A DNA stretch of 64,000 bases, taken from the NCBI GenBank assembly GCA_021814695.1, contig JAKAHY010000002.1, positions 8,920-72,919 of the forward strand, given 5' to 3'. This document shows positions 5,706 to 15,142 of the stretch, piece by piece (positions within the stretch are counted from its first letter, which is position 1; each line of letters opens with the position of its first letter). Under the pieces are notes generated by a model. It made no database searches, was not told where the DNA came from, and saw nothing but the letters and a program-made list of their open reading frames with translations. The translations under genes and the position numbers were made by a program. This DNA is from a bacterium (GTDB taxonomy: Bacteria; Patescibacteriota; Minisyncoccia; UBA6257; JAGOQP01).

Positions 5706-8321
5706 ATGAAAAAAACATTACTCATCGGGTTTATTGTGGTCGGCATTGTAAGCTTTTCGGCATTTACCGCGCATGCTCAGTCGGTCAATTATCTTAGTAA
5801 ATTTTTTGCAGATGTCTACGGAGCGTTTTTTGGGAATTCCCAAACGCAAAAAGTTGACGCCCAAACAGTGGGTAATGGAACACTTACTATTCATGCTCAG
5901 ATATGTCAGACGCTCGGGAATTTCGAAAATCCAAGCAGTGCGACCTGTTCTGGTACTCCTCGCGACCCCAATTCTACGGAGTCTCCGTTATTTGTTTATG
6001 ATGTCCAGCGCATAGTTGGGAATGGAGCGAGCGCTCAAGTTACCACAGTTCTTTCAGGTATCGGTCCCGGACAAAGTTATTCGTTACCGGCGAATACTCC
6101 AAACGCTAGTAATAATAACAGAGATGAGTACGTGATTGTGTTTAAGGGGGCACCGACAAATTATTTGTACGTGAGACAAGGAGGAAATTTTGATTTGCCC
6201 TATAAATTTTCAATTTCTTCCGGACAAAATACTCAAGTAAATATTCCTTATGTTATTTATACGGCGATTGAATCAACGGGTCCTGTTGGCACTACTGTTA
6301 CCGCCGATATTGTTGATGGCAATGGAAATTTTGTCAGAGCGCTGACGGCTTCAGAAATTCAATCGGTATCCTTTGACATCCAGCATTCGGTTCCGGCCAC
6401 CGGAGGATATGTCGGATCGCATGCGAACAATTTTGATACTCAAGTTTCTTCGGGAAAATTAAATACTTCATATCAGCTTGCGACCTATGTCCATTCCGGT
6501 TCAATTTTGACAAATATTAAGCCACCATCCGGTTACGTAGTCAGATCAATTAAGCCGGGAACATATTTTGATCCTACTGATGACGTTACTATTCATTTTA
6601 CCAAGTCTCCTGTTTCGTCTCAGGTTCAAAAAGTTGATCAAATGCTCTATGTTCCTAATGGAATTAGCTATGTAAAAAAAATAGCTCAAACATATTCGGA
6701 CAATGAATACAAATATTCGAATCTTGACGTTGATTTATTTGCTTATTATGGAAACAATAATCGTCCTTTTCCCTTGAACTGGACAGTTGCCAAATATTCG
6801 GGAGTTCCTTATTTGTTTATGAATGGAGCAGGAAAGATAGTTATTTATAATATTTCCGATCCTAAAAATCCCAAACAAGTTAGTGAATATGTTCTTTCCG
6901 GTTTGGAAAAATTTAATCAATACAAAGATCGTCAGGGAAATACTTATGGACAGTGTTCTCCTAACCAAGAAGGTACTCATGATTTTATAACTGGAGCCGG
7001 TAAAGTTTTTGCTCTTGATGATTCCCCTTATCTTTTGATTGACATTCAGAGACCGGGTGGGCCAGGCCCTGGAGGGACGGCAGTTTTGTCCTTAGATCCT
7101 TCAACTATGGCCATAACCGCCTATCCTCAATGGACCGAGTGTAACAGTGGTCAAGATACTCCCGGAACCGCTTTCGGAATGTATAAAGGAAGTGACGGAA
7201 ATACTTATTTTATTTCCCAATTCCCGAATAATGCATATGATACGGGTGGAGTAGATACCGGGAATATTGGTATTTACACAATCAATTCTGCTGGTATTGC
7301 CAATAAAGTTGTCGTTCTCAGCGGAATGTCCGGGATTGCTCCGAGTTTGGATTATTCTAATGGAACAATCTCTGTTGTTTCCGTTGGAAGTAAAAAATAT
7401 CTTATTGGTAATGGAAAATCATCTATCGCAAACATAAATTCGACCAGTGCACCAATTTATATTTACGATATTTCCAATCCAAAAAATATAATCAAAATCA
7501 ATCAACAGATCACGGTGTCTACGTCTGGGTCCGGCAGATTAAAAATTGACGAACAAGCCAATCGTATGTATGTTCAGTCATCCATTCCAAATCCTGCCGC
7601 AACATCAACTTCGTACACCATCCCCAAAACATTACCTATTTGGCAGGTATATGACTTGAGTGTTTTGCCCAGTACTCCAAAATTAATTGCTACTTATAAC
7701 AAACCAACCGACCTACTTAATTCAAGTCAAGTGAATGCTGATTTTTCTCAAATTACCAAGAGATTAAATATTGCATCGTCAGGTAATCTTGTGGATATAA
7801 ATAATTCTTCTTTCACTTACGGCGCCTACGGATATTCTTCTTCACTCCAGTTGATAAATGTTTCAAATAATTTAGCTTATATATCACTGTATACAAACGG
7901 AAAAAACCCTTGGGATACGATTGCCAATCAAGCCGGAGTAACGGACGGAAGCGAATACGGGACCAATGCTATTCAATTTATAGTTGACGTGTCCAATGCG
8001 TCCAGTCCCAAAATACTTGGAATGATATTCGGGCATACGGAATATTCTGCTTACGGACTTTCCGCCGGCGGATGGTTTGATGTTCCTCTTTACGGAAGTA
8101 TCTATAACTATAACGGATATATTTACCGAGCCAATTTCCGCATCGCTGATGTATGGAAATTGGGGAATCCTCCGGCCCAAAGTACGGGAGGTGCTGGAAG
8201 TGGGGCTGGTGCGAGCGGCACTGGAACTACCGAAGGAGGATCTGCGCCATCATCAGTTCAATCTCCATTTTCTTTCAGTTCTCTTTTGAAGATATTCCAG
8301 AGAGTGTTTAATAATCAATAA
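5706..8321 (+). CDS. Secreted/surface LVIVD-repeat protein, paralogue 2
   Basis: I prefer the start at MKKTLLIG, by analogy with its paralogues and because ATG 5697 lies inside the -10 box. Repeats include IVIYNISDPKNPKQVS, IYIYDISNPKNIIKI and FIVDVSNASSPKIL. A G/S/A/T linker is followed by the tail SPFSFSSLLKIFQRVFNNQ. Confidence 0.8.
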   Translation: MKKTLLIGFIVVGIVSFSAFTAHAQSVNYLSKFFADVYGAFFGNSQTQKVDAQTVGNGTLTIHAQICQTLGNFENPSSATCSGTPRDPNSTESPLFVYDVQRIVGNGASAQVTTVLSGIGPGQSYSLPANTPNASNNNRDEYVIVFKGAPTNYLYVRQGGNFDLPYKFSISSGQNTQVNIPYVIYTAIESTGPVGTTVTADIVDGNGNFVRALTASEIQSVSFDIQHSVPATGGYVGSHANNFDTQVSSGKLNTSYQLATYVHSGSILTNIKPPSGYVVRSIKPGTYFDPTDDVTIHFTKSPVSSQVQKVDQMLYVPNGISYVKKIAQTYSDNEYKYSNLDVDLFAYYGNNNRPFPLNWTVAKYSGVPYLFMNGAGKIVIYNISDPKNPKQVSEYVLSGLEKFNQYKDRQGNTYGQCSPNQEGTHDFITGAGKVFALDDSPYLLIDIQRPGGPGPGGTAVLSLDPSTMAITAYPQWTECNSGQDTPGTAFGMYKGSDGNTYFISQFPNNAYDTGGVDTGNIGIYTINSAGIANKVVVLSGMSGIAPSLDYSNGTISVVSVGSKKYLIGNGKSSIANINSTSAPIYIYDISNPKNIIKINQQITVSTSGSGRLKIDEQANRMYVQSSIPNPAATSTSYTIPKTLPIWQVYDLSVLPSTPKLIATYNKPTDLLNSSQVNADFSQITKRLNIASSGNLVDINNSSFTYGAYGYSSSLQLINVSNNLAYISLYTNGKNPWDTIANQAGVTDGSEYGTNAIQFIVDVSNASSPKILGMIFGHTEYSAYGLSAGGWFDVPLYGSIYNYNGYIYRANFRIADVWKLGNPPAQSTGGAGSGAGASGTGTTEGGSAPSSVQSPFSFSSLLKIFQRVFNNQ

Positions 8322-8333
8322 TAATTTGAAACA

Positions 8334-8358
8334 ATCCCCCTAGCTGGGGGATTTTTTT
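8334..8358 (+). terminator. Rho-independent terminator
   Basis: ATCCCCC-tagct-GGGGGAT followed by TTTTTT. Confidence 0.8.
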
Positions 8359-8366
8359 GCAAGCAA

Positions 8367-8377
8367 TGTGATATAAT
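8367..8377 (+). promoter_or_regulatory. Extended -10 promoter TGTGATATAAT (copy 3)
   Basis: GCAAGCAATGTGATATAATAAAACAAAT lies 19 nt before ATG 8397. Confidence 0.65.
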
Positions 8378-8396
8378 AAAACAAATAAAAATAACC

Positions 8397-10580
8397 ATGA
8401 AAAAATATTCATTAATTGTGATTATCTTACTTGTTGTTGCAAGTATAGGGATTACCGCTATCTTTTCAAGTCAAGTGTCGATAACCGGATTTCTTTTGAG
8501 CGTTTACTCAACTGTTTCGGGGAGCAATCAAATACAGAGAGTAAATGCACAAACGACAGGCCAAGGAACCATATTATTCCAAGGCCAATTCGGTCATCTT
8601 GAATCGACCGGAAAGGTCACTACCGGAATTTCGGGCTTATCCGGACTTCCGGTGATGAAATTTGTTAAAGACCGTGACCTATCTAGCGATGAAAAAAATC
8701 AGATTAGAGTGGATGTTATTGAACATAACACTCCTTTTGAATTTGTAGTTGCAAAAAATATTTCGCTTGGAGAGGGTGTTAATTTTAATATTCCCGTAGG
8801 TTCGACATATAGATATAGTTTTTATGTTCACCCCGACTCGATTCCCTCCGGATGGGTTTATTATTCCGGTTGTTTAGAGACCGATGGGAATGTTTCGGTA
8901 CTGGCCGGTCAGCAAAGTACTTGCAGCATAGGATTTTATTTAAAGCCCGAAACAATCTCACCCCCTCCGGTCACATCAACATCTACGATCACGTCTACTC
9001 CTTCGGTAGGTGTTTCGGGAACTGTTGTCGGTGAAGATGCCAGCGCAGGATCGTTGCAGTTTGTAAAAAACGTTTTGGATTTAAGCTCACAAAGAAAGGG
9101 CATTATTTATGGAGTTTTGGACGCAAGAACCGTTAATTTGTATGGAAAAAATCTTCTGATAGTTGCTAGAGGTGGAGCTTACTCTGCTACCACTCCAACC
9201 TGGCATATGCTTGTTTATGATATAACCGATCCGCTTGCCCCGGTTCTTTTGAAGGATAATGATATGTCCGGAAGTGGCATAATCTATAGTTCTCCAATGA
9301 CCGGTTTGGCAGTGCTTGATGGCTTTAATTATGTATTTGTCCGTGGAAATGTCGGTTACGGTTCGTTTAAAATTAATCAGGACGGAACTGCGTCTCTTGT
9401 GAAAAGCTATAAATATTCTGAAGTTCAGCAGATACAGACAGATTTAATCAGGGGATTGTTCAACGGTCTGGATGGAAATATATACGGCTACGGAGGGTTT
9501 GTGCAGGATGGAGGACTCGTGCTTTATAACGTTTCCGATCCCGCTAATATTATTCAAGTTGGAACGTATACTAATGGTCTTGAACCAGCGATTGCCATCT
9601 ATGGACAAATTGGATTGAATCGCCAGAGCACTTGGGGCGTTGTTAAAGAAGGAGGCAAACTTTATCTTATTGCTCATGCGGACCAGTTGGTTCTGCGCCT
9701 TCATACGGATTATGATGGAATGATTTATGTTTTTGATGTGTCCAATCCGGCAAGTCCGCAGCTTTCACATATCTATAAAATGTCCAGCTCCTTTAATCAC
9801 CTTCCTTCCGATATGACTTCGTATGAGAAGATGTTTCTTTACGGAGGAGAAGCTAATATATCGGTTGATCCAATATCAAATAGAGTATTTGATTTTTACA
9901 GAACGGTTTTTGATTGGCAGGGACCCAATCAGCTTAAGATAAAAGACATTCCTAAAGGAGCCTTGTTTCGTTATAGAAATGGAATAGCCGTTCTTTCAAT
10001 AGGAATCGATGGTTCTTTGAAATCAAGTTCCAGTAACATATTATTGTGCGAAAGAATAGCCATTCAAGATAATGGGACGTCAGGCGAAGATAAATGTGAT
10101 ACAAAGAGTCCCGAAACGGTTGGGGGATATTATAGTTCCAGTCTTTATGGAAACAGGAATCCTCAAGAAAATTATAACGGAGTATTTCTTCTTGGCGACG
10201 TGAATAATGTCGGACATGTAGGGCTGTTAAAAAGCGATGGTAGTTTTGTTATCATACCCGATCCAACCGGAGAAATGCTTAAATTCAAATCTGTCTTGGC
10301 TGACCCGTCGTATTATTCCGATCCTGGTTTTCGTTCGTCTCCAATCAATGGCATTGTCACTCAAGTTGATAGCAAAACCTTTGCAATATTTCAGATTGAT
10401 AATTATTCCATAAGTGTTACAAAGCTAAATCTATCACAATCCATAACGAGCGTAACACAAAAATCTTCGCCACCTACCACAAATGCCCCTAGTTCATTAA
10501 ATACATCATCTCCTACTCAGACTCCATTTTCCTTCAGCTCGCTCCTGAGAATATTTCAGAGGGTGTTCAATAGTCAGTAA
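8397..10580 (+). CDS. Secreted/surface LVIVD-repeat protein, paralogue 3
   Basis: It is collinear with paralogue 1 along its whole length. Repeats include LVLYNVSDPANIIQVG and MIYVFDVSNPASPQLS. The tail is TPFSFSSLLRIFQRVFNSQ. Confidence 0.8.
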   Translation: MKKYSLIVIILLVVASIGITAIFSSQVSITGFLLSVYSTVSGSNQIQRVNAQTTGQGTILFQGQFGHLESTGKVTTGISGLSGLPVMKFVKDRDLSSDEKNQIRVDVIEHNTPFEFVVAKNISLGEGVNFNIPVGSTYRYSFYVHPDSIPSGWVYYSGCLETDGNVSVLAGQQSTCSIGFYLKPETISPPPVTSTSTITSTPSVGVSGTVVGEDASAGSLQFVKNVLDLSSQRKGIIYGVLDARTVNLYGKNLLIVARGGAYSATTPTWHMLVYDITDPLAPVLLKDNDMSGSGIIYSSPMTGLAVLDGFNYVFVRGNVGYGSFKINQDGTASLVKSYKYSEVQQIQTDLIRGLFNGLDGNIYGYGGFVQDGGLVLYNVSDPANIIQVGTYTNGLEPAIAIYGQIGLNRQSTWGVVKEGGKLYLIAHADQLVLRLHTDYDGMIYVFDVSNPASPQLSHIYKMSSSFNHLPSDMTSYEKMFLYGGEANISVDPISNRVFDFYRTVFDWQGPNQLKIKDIPKGALFRYRNGIAVLSIGIDGSLKSSSSNILLCERIAIQDNGTSGEDKCDTKSPETVGGYYSSSLYGNRNPQENYNGVFLLGDVNNVGHVGLLKSDGSFVIIPDPTGEMLKFKSVLADPSYYSDPGFRSSPINGIVTQVDSKTFAIFQIDNYSISVTKLNLSQSITSVTQKSSPPTTNAPSSLNTSSPTQTPFSFSSLLRIFQRVFNSQ

Positions 10581-10597
10581 AAATTAAAAATAAAATT

Positions 10598-10630
10598 GCT
10601 CCCATTTTAACGGATGGGGGCTGTTTTTTT
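10598..10630 (+). terminator. Rho-independent terminator
   Basis: GCTCCCAT-tttaacgg-ATGGGGGC followed by TGTTTTTTT. Confidence 0.75.
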
Positions 10631-10651
10631 ATCTTTAAATCTCAAAAAAAT

Positions 10652-10662
10652 TGTGATAAAGT
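10652..10662 (+). promoter_or_regulatory. Extended -10-like promoter TGTGATAAAGT directly upstream of ileS
   Basis: The TG-n-TAAAGT hexamer ends 6 nt before the A of ATG 10669. No Shine-Dalgarno sequence is present. Confidence 0.45.
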
Positions 10663-10668
10663 AACTTA

Positions 10669-13600
10669 ATGTTGAGAAATCTTAAACACTTTAATCCGCC
10701 GGAAATTGAGGAAAAAGTTTTACAGCTTTGGAAAGAAAAAGGGATATTTCAAAAAACACTCAAAGTTCCAAAAGGAAAAAAGGCCCTGCCTACCGGCAGG
10801 CAGGCAAAAATATTTCGGTTTTGGGAAGGTCCACCGACAGCCAATGGCCGTCCCGGAATTCATCATATTTTAGCCCGTTCTTTTAAGGACGTTGTTTTGC
10901 GTTTTAAAACGATGCAAGGGTATACGGTTCCCCGTAAGGGTGGTTGGGATACTCATGGATTGCCCGTTGAAATCCAGGTTGAAAAGCAGCTCGGATTTAA
11001 AACAAAAAAAGATATAGAAGATTACGGAATAGCCGCATTCAACCAAAAATGTAAAGAATCAGTCTGGCTTTATCAAAGCGAATGGGAAAAATTGACCGAA
11101 CGCATGGGTTTTTGGCTGGATTTGAAAAATCCTTATGTCACATACCACAAAGATTACATAGAGTCGCTTTGGTGGATCATCAAACAAGTTTGGGATAAAG
11201 GGTTGATGTATCAAGGGCATAAAGTGGTTCCTTGGTGTACTCGCTGCGGGACAGCTCTTTCTTCCCATGAATTGGCTCAAGGATACAAAGAGCTTACCGA
11301 TACTTCTGTTTACATAAAATTTAAACTTCTTCCAAAACAAAAAATCGGTTCTTTTATAACCGATGATAAAACATACATCTTATCCTGGACGACGACTCCT
11401 TGGACTTTGCCCGGAAACGTCGCTTTGGCAGTCGGAAATAAAATCAAATATATTGCGGCAAAAATCGGAGGAGAGACTTTTATTATTGCGGAAGATCTTG
11501 CCGGATCGGTTTTGGGATCGGAAAATCATAAAGTTATCAATGAATTTAAAGGCGAGTCGATTTCAGGGAAAGAATACGCCCCACTTTTTGAAATTGCGGC
11601 ATTAAAAAAACCGGAATCGTACAAGGTATATCCGGCTAAATTTGTGACAACCACCGATGGAACGGGGGTGGTGCACACGGCCGTAATGTACGGAGAGGAC
11701 GATTATAACCTGGGAAAAGAAGTCGGACTTCCTCAGCATCATACGGTTACCGAACAAGGAACTTTCACAAAAGACGTTAAAGGATTTGAAGGGATGTACG
11801 TCAAAGCCAAGGAGACCGAGGATAAGATACTAGATTATCTAAAGAAAAATAATTTCCTTTTGCAAACACAGGCTTATACCCATGAATATCCTCATTGCTG
11901 GAGATGTGGAACTCCGCTTTTGTATTACGCGCGCAGTTCATGGTTTGTAGCGATGTCGAAACTGAAAGATAATCTGATCGAAAGCAACCAGGGAACCAAC
12001 TGGGTTCCGGCACATATCAAAGAGGGCAGATATGGAGAATGGCTCTCCGAAATTAAAGATTGGAATTTTTCACGGGAAAGATATTGGGGCACCCCACTGC
12101 CGATCTGGACGTGCGAGAATTGTGGAAACCATAAAGCTGTTGGAAGTTATAAAGAGCTTTCGGAACATCTTCCTTCTAGTACCAACAGATATATTCTTGT
12201 CCGTCATGGAGAAGCGGGGCAAAATGTTTCCAATATAATCAACTGCGACCCCAAAGATAAGGATAAATACCCGTTAACAACCAATGGAATAATCCAGGCG
12301 AAGAGAACTTCCCTGAGCCTCAAGAAAAAAATAAAAAAAATAGACGCGATTATCTCGTCGGATTTTATTCGGACAAAGGAAACCGCAAAAATTATCGGCG
12401 ATGAATTTGGAATAAAGAAAATAATCACCGATCCGCTTTTGAGGGAAGTTAACATGGGAGATTTTAACGGGGACAATGTTTCTCGTTACCACGAGTACTT
12501 TTCTTCGCTTGAAGAAAAATTTATGAAACGGACCCCTAACGGAGAAAACCTCAGAGATCTGGCCGCAAGAAGCTACGATTTTATACAAAAATGTGAAAAA
12601 AAATACAGCGGGAAAACTATTGTTGTGGTAGGGCATGAATATCCGCTGTGGATGGCGGAGACCGTTCTTTCTGGATGGAGTCAGGAAGAATCGGTGTCGG
12701 AAAAAGAAAAAAGAGGTCCCGATTTTATAGAAGTCGGAGGATTTGATTCCGTTACTTTTGTTCCGGCATCAAGAGATGAACAGGGAATCTGTGATTATCA
12801 TAAGCCATATGTGGATTCAATCAGCATCCCTTGCGAAAAATGCGGAAAAAAGATGAATCGAGTTAAAGAAGTTGCCGACGTATGGTTTGATTCGGGGTCA
12901 ATGCCATTTGCCCAAGATCATTATCCTTTTGAGAAGGGTGATAAAGTCGGGAAAGCGCCCCAATCGTTTCCGGCCGATTATATCTGTGAGGCAGTCGATC
13001 AGACCCGCGGGTGGTTTTACACTCTTATGGCCGTCTCTACATTATTGGATTATGAAACGCCGTATAAAAACGTCGTTTGCCTAGGGCATATAAACGACAA
13101 GCATGGACAGAAAATGTCCAAATCAAAAGGGAACATTGTTGATCCATGGATGATAATAGATAAATATGGCATTGATGCCGTTAGGTGGTATTTTTACACC
13201 GTTAATGCTCCGGGGGAGCCGAAGAATTTTGACGAGAATGAGGTTGCTAAAGTACTGAGAAAATTCAGCATGACTCTTTATAATTCGTTCGCGTTTTTGG
13301 CGCTTTATGGAAAACAGAAGGTAAGTATCCAAAAGAAACCTTCATCGCCGAATATTTTGGACAGGTGGATTTTGGCAAGGCTAAATCAAACAACTGTCGG
13401 AGTTTCGGACAAAATGGACGCATATGATTTCTTGGCTACCGGACAAATAATAGAATCGTTTATTGACGATCTTTCCAGATGGTACATTCGCCGATCGAGA
13501 AAGAGATTCCAAAAAATTTCGGATAAATCGGATTGGGGTACGGCGACCGGTGTTTTGGCGTATGTTTTGGCCGAATTTTCAAAAGTGATCGCTCCCTTTA

Positions 13601-14223
13601 CTCCATTTTTCGCCGAAGCTCTTTACAGATCCATAGCCGAATTTTGTTCGTTTAGCGCAAAAGAATCCGTTCATCTCGAATCATGGCCGGAGGGCAGGGT
13701 TTTTAATGACGATGCGGTTATGTCGGAAGCCATGAAACAGATAAGAGACTACGCCAGTGCTGTTTTGGCAAAAAGAGCCGAAGTTGGAATCAAAGTGCGG
13801 CAGCCTTTGAGCTTGTTGAAAATAAGAAGCATTAAGTCTAAAGAAAAAGACTCTAAACAATTATTAGAAGTGTTAAGGGATGAAGTTAACGTCAAAGAAG
13901 TTGTGATTGATCCAAAAATAGAAAATGAATTTGAGTTGGATATCAACATCACTCCGGAACTTAAAGCCGAAGGAATTTTGAGGGAAATAGCCCGGACAAT
14001 TCAGGAATTGAGACAAAGTTCGGCATGTGTTCCCAAGGATAAAATAGAAGTTCGCATTTCCGGACCTGCCGACATTGAAGCGGTGGTCAAAAACGGACAA
14101 GCCACGCTTTGCCAATACGTTAACGCCAAAAATATTCTTTTCGGTAAGAGCGGTAAATTTGATTCCGAAATTGAAACCAAAATTGATTCGTCAAAAATTT
14201 GGATAGGTTTAAGAAAAATATAA
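10669..14223 (+). CDS. ileS: Isoleucine--tRNA ligase (type-2-like) with an inserted histidine-phosphatase-family domain
   Basis: It has EGPPTANGRPGIHH, KMSKSKGN, the editing-domain region, and WTCENCG ... CEKCGKKMNRV..DVWFDSGSMP. Between the two Cys pairs (about nt 12175-12790) lie RYILVRHGEAGQN, SSDFIRTKETA, REVNMGDFNG and VVGHEYPL, which is the RHG...H signature of histidine phosphatases. Confidence 0.93.
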   Translation: MLRNLKHFNPPEIEEKVLQLWKEKGIFQKTLKVPKGKKALPTGRQAKIFRFWEGPPTANGRPGIHHILARSFKDVVLRFKTMQGYTVPRKGGWDTHGLPVEIQVEKQLGFKTKKDIEDYGIAAFNQKCKESVWLYQSEWEKLTERMGFWLDLKNPYVTYHKDYIESLWWIIKQVWDKGLMYQGHKVVPWCTRCGTALSSHELAQGYKELTDTSVYIKFKLLPKQKIGSFITDDKTYILSWTTTPWTLPGNVALAVGNKIKYIAAKIGGETFIIAEDLAGSVLGSENHKVINEFKGESISGKEYAPLFEIAALKKPESYKVYPAKFVTTTDGTGVVHTAVMYGEDDYNLGKEVGLPQHHTVTEQGTFTKDVKGFEGMYVKAKETEDKILDYLKKNNFLLQTQAYTHEYPHCWRCGTPLLYYARSSWFVAMSKLKDNLIESNQGTNWVPAHIKEGRYGEWLSEIKDWNFSRERYWGTPLPIWTCENCGNHKAVGSYKELSEHLPSSTNRYILVRHGEAGQNVSNIINCDPKDKDKYPLTTNGIIQAKRTSLSLKKKIKKIDAIISSDFIRTKETAKIIGDEFGIKKIITDPLLREVNMGDFNGDNVSRYHEYFSSLEEKFMKRTPNGENLRDLAARSYDFIQKCEKKYSGKTIVVVGHEYPLWMAETVLSGWSQEESVSEKEKRGPDFIEVGGFDSVTFVPASRDEQGICDYHKPYVDSISIPCEKCGKKMNRVKEVADVWFDSGSMPFAQDHYPFEKGDKVGKAPQSFPADYICEAVDQTRGWFYTLMAVSTLLDYETPYKNVVCLGHINDKHGQKMSKSKGNIVDPWMIIDKYGIDAVRWYFYTVNAPGEPKNFDENEVAKVLRKFSMTLYNSFAFLALYGKQKVSIQKKPSSPNILDRWILARLNQTTVGVSDKMDAYDFLATGQIIESFIDDLSRWYIRRSRKRFQKISDKSDWGTATGVLAYVLAEFSKVIAPFTPFFAEALYRSIAEFCSFSAKESVHLESWPEGRVFNDDAVMSEAMKQIRDYASAVLAKRAEVGIKVRQPLSLLKIRSIKSKEKDSKQLLEVLRDEVNVKEVVIDPKIENEFELDINITPELKAEGILREIARTIQELRQSSACVPKDKIEVRISGPADIEAVVKNGQATLCQYVNAKNILFGKSGKFDSEIETKIDSSKIWIGLRKI

Positions 14224-14224
14224 A

Positions 14225-15139
14225 ATGACTCCATTTTTTATATCGGTTCCCGTATTCCTGGTGATAATAGCCGGGTGGTTGTTTAAGAAGTACAAAATAG
14301 TAGACGAAGTCTGGATTCATGTTTTAAACCGATTTGTCTATCACGTTTCTCTTCCGGCGCTTATCATTGCCAGTTTTTGGAGTATCAATTTTAGCGACAA
14401 AATTTCATTAATGACCGTTGTATGGAGCGCGTCCTTTATGATTGCTTTTATGATATTAGTCGCAATCGTTTTGTCTTTTTTAAGTCTTCCTCATAAAACA
14501 AAAGCGGCCGCATTTCTAATTATTTGCACAGGAAATACTATTTACATGGGCTTTCCGATAATATCGGATGCATTCGGTGGTGGAGCGATGCCGATGGGGT
14601 CGTTAATAGCCGTTCTATATCTCATTTTACCGATATTGGCGTCGATTTTCATGATCAGAATTTGGGCCAACAGCCATCTTTCGTTATCATCCCAATTTAT
14701 TGAATTTATAAAAAATCCACTTATGATTTCGGCTGTTGCCGGGGTGATGGCAAGTTTTATTCCAAGACAGGCAGTTGGCGTGGAGTTGCTTTATAAAGCA
14801 TTGATTTTGGTTGGAGCGACGGCCTCACCGGTGGCGCTTTTTGCACTGGGGAGCTTTTTGTATAAAAGATTTCTAAAAAGTAATTTTAAACTGGTTTTTT
14901 GGTCGTCTTTTTCAAAAGTTGCCGTATTTCCGGTTGCGGTATTTATTGCAGGAAAACTAATGGGAATTGCCAAGCCGGACTTTGGGCTGATGGTCTTGCT
15001 TGCGGTCATGCCCTCTGCAGTGACTACCTTTATTATCGCCGAGAAATTTTCATTAGATGAAATAGCCGTAGGGAACGCTATATTGCTTTCAACAATCCTT
15101 TCGTTTTTTGTGATTCCTCTGGCGGCTTTAATTATTTAA
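14225..15139 (+). CDS. AEC (auxin-efflux-carrier) family permease
   Basis: This 304-aa polytopic membrane protein has an N-terminus and two-lobed layout typical of AEC/YfdV-type transporters. Confidence 0.65.
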   Translation: MTPFFISVPVFLVIIAGWLFKKYKIVDEVWIHVLNRFVYHVSLPALIIASFWSINFSDKISLMTVVWSASFMIAFMILVAIVLSFLSLPHKTKAAAFLIICTGNTIYMGFPIISDAFGGGAMPMGSLIAVLYLILPILASIFMIRIWANSHLSLSSQFIEFIKNPLMISAVAGVMASFIPRQAVGVELLYKALILVGATASPVALFALGSFLYKRFLKSNFKLVFWSSFSKVAVFPVAVFIAGKLMGIAKPDFGLMVLLAVMPSAVTTFIIAEKFSLDEIAVGNAILLSTILSFFVIPLAALII

Positions 15140-15142
15140 CAG

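Noticed and set aside
11059-14320. Numerous 60-120-aa ORFs on both strands (antisense or alternative sense frames) inside ileS and at its 3' junction with the AEC permease gene
   Set aside because: All are nested within a continuous, motif-rich 1184-aa IleRS frame or overlap its junction with the downstream AEC gene. This is typical noise of A/T-rich sequence.
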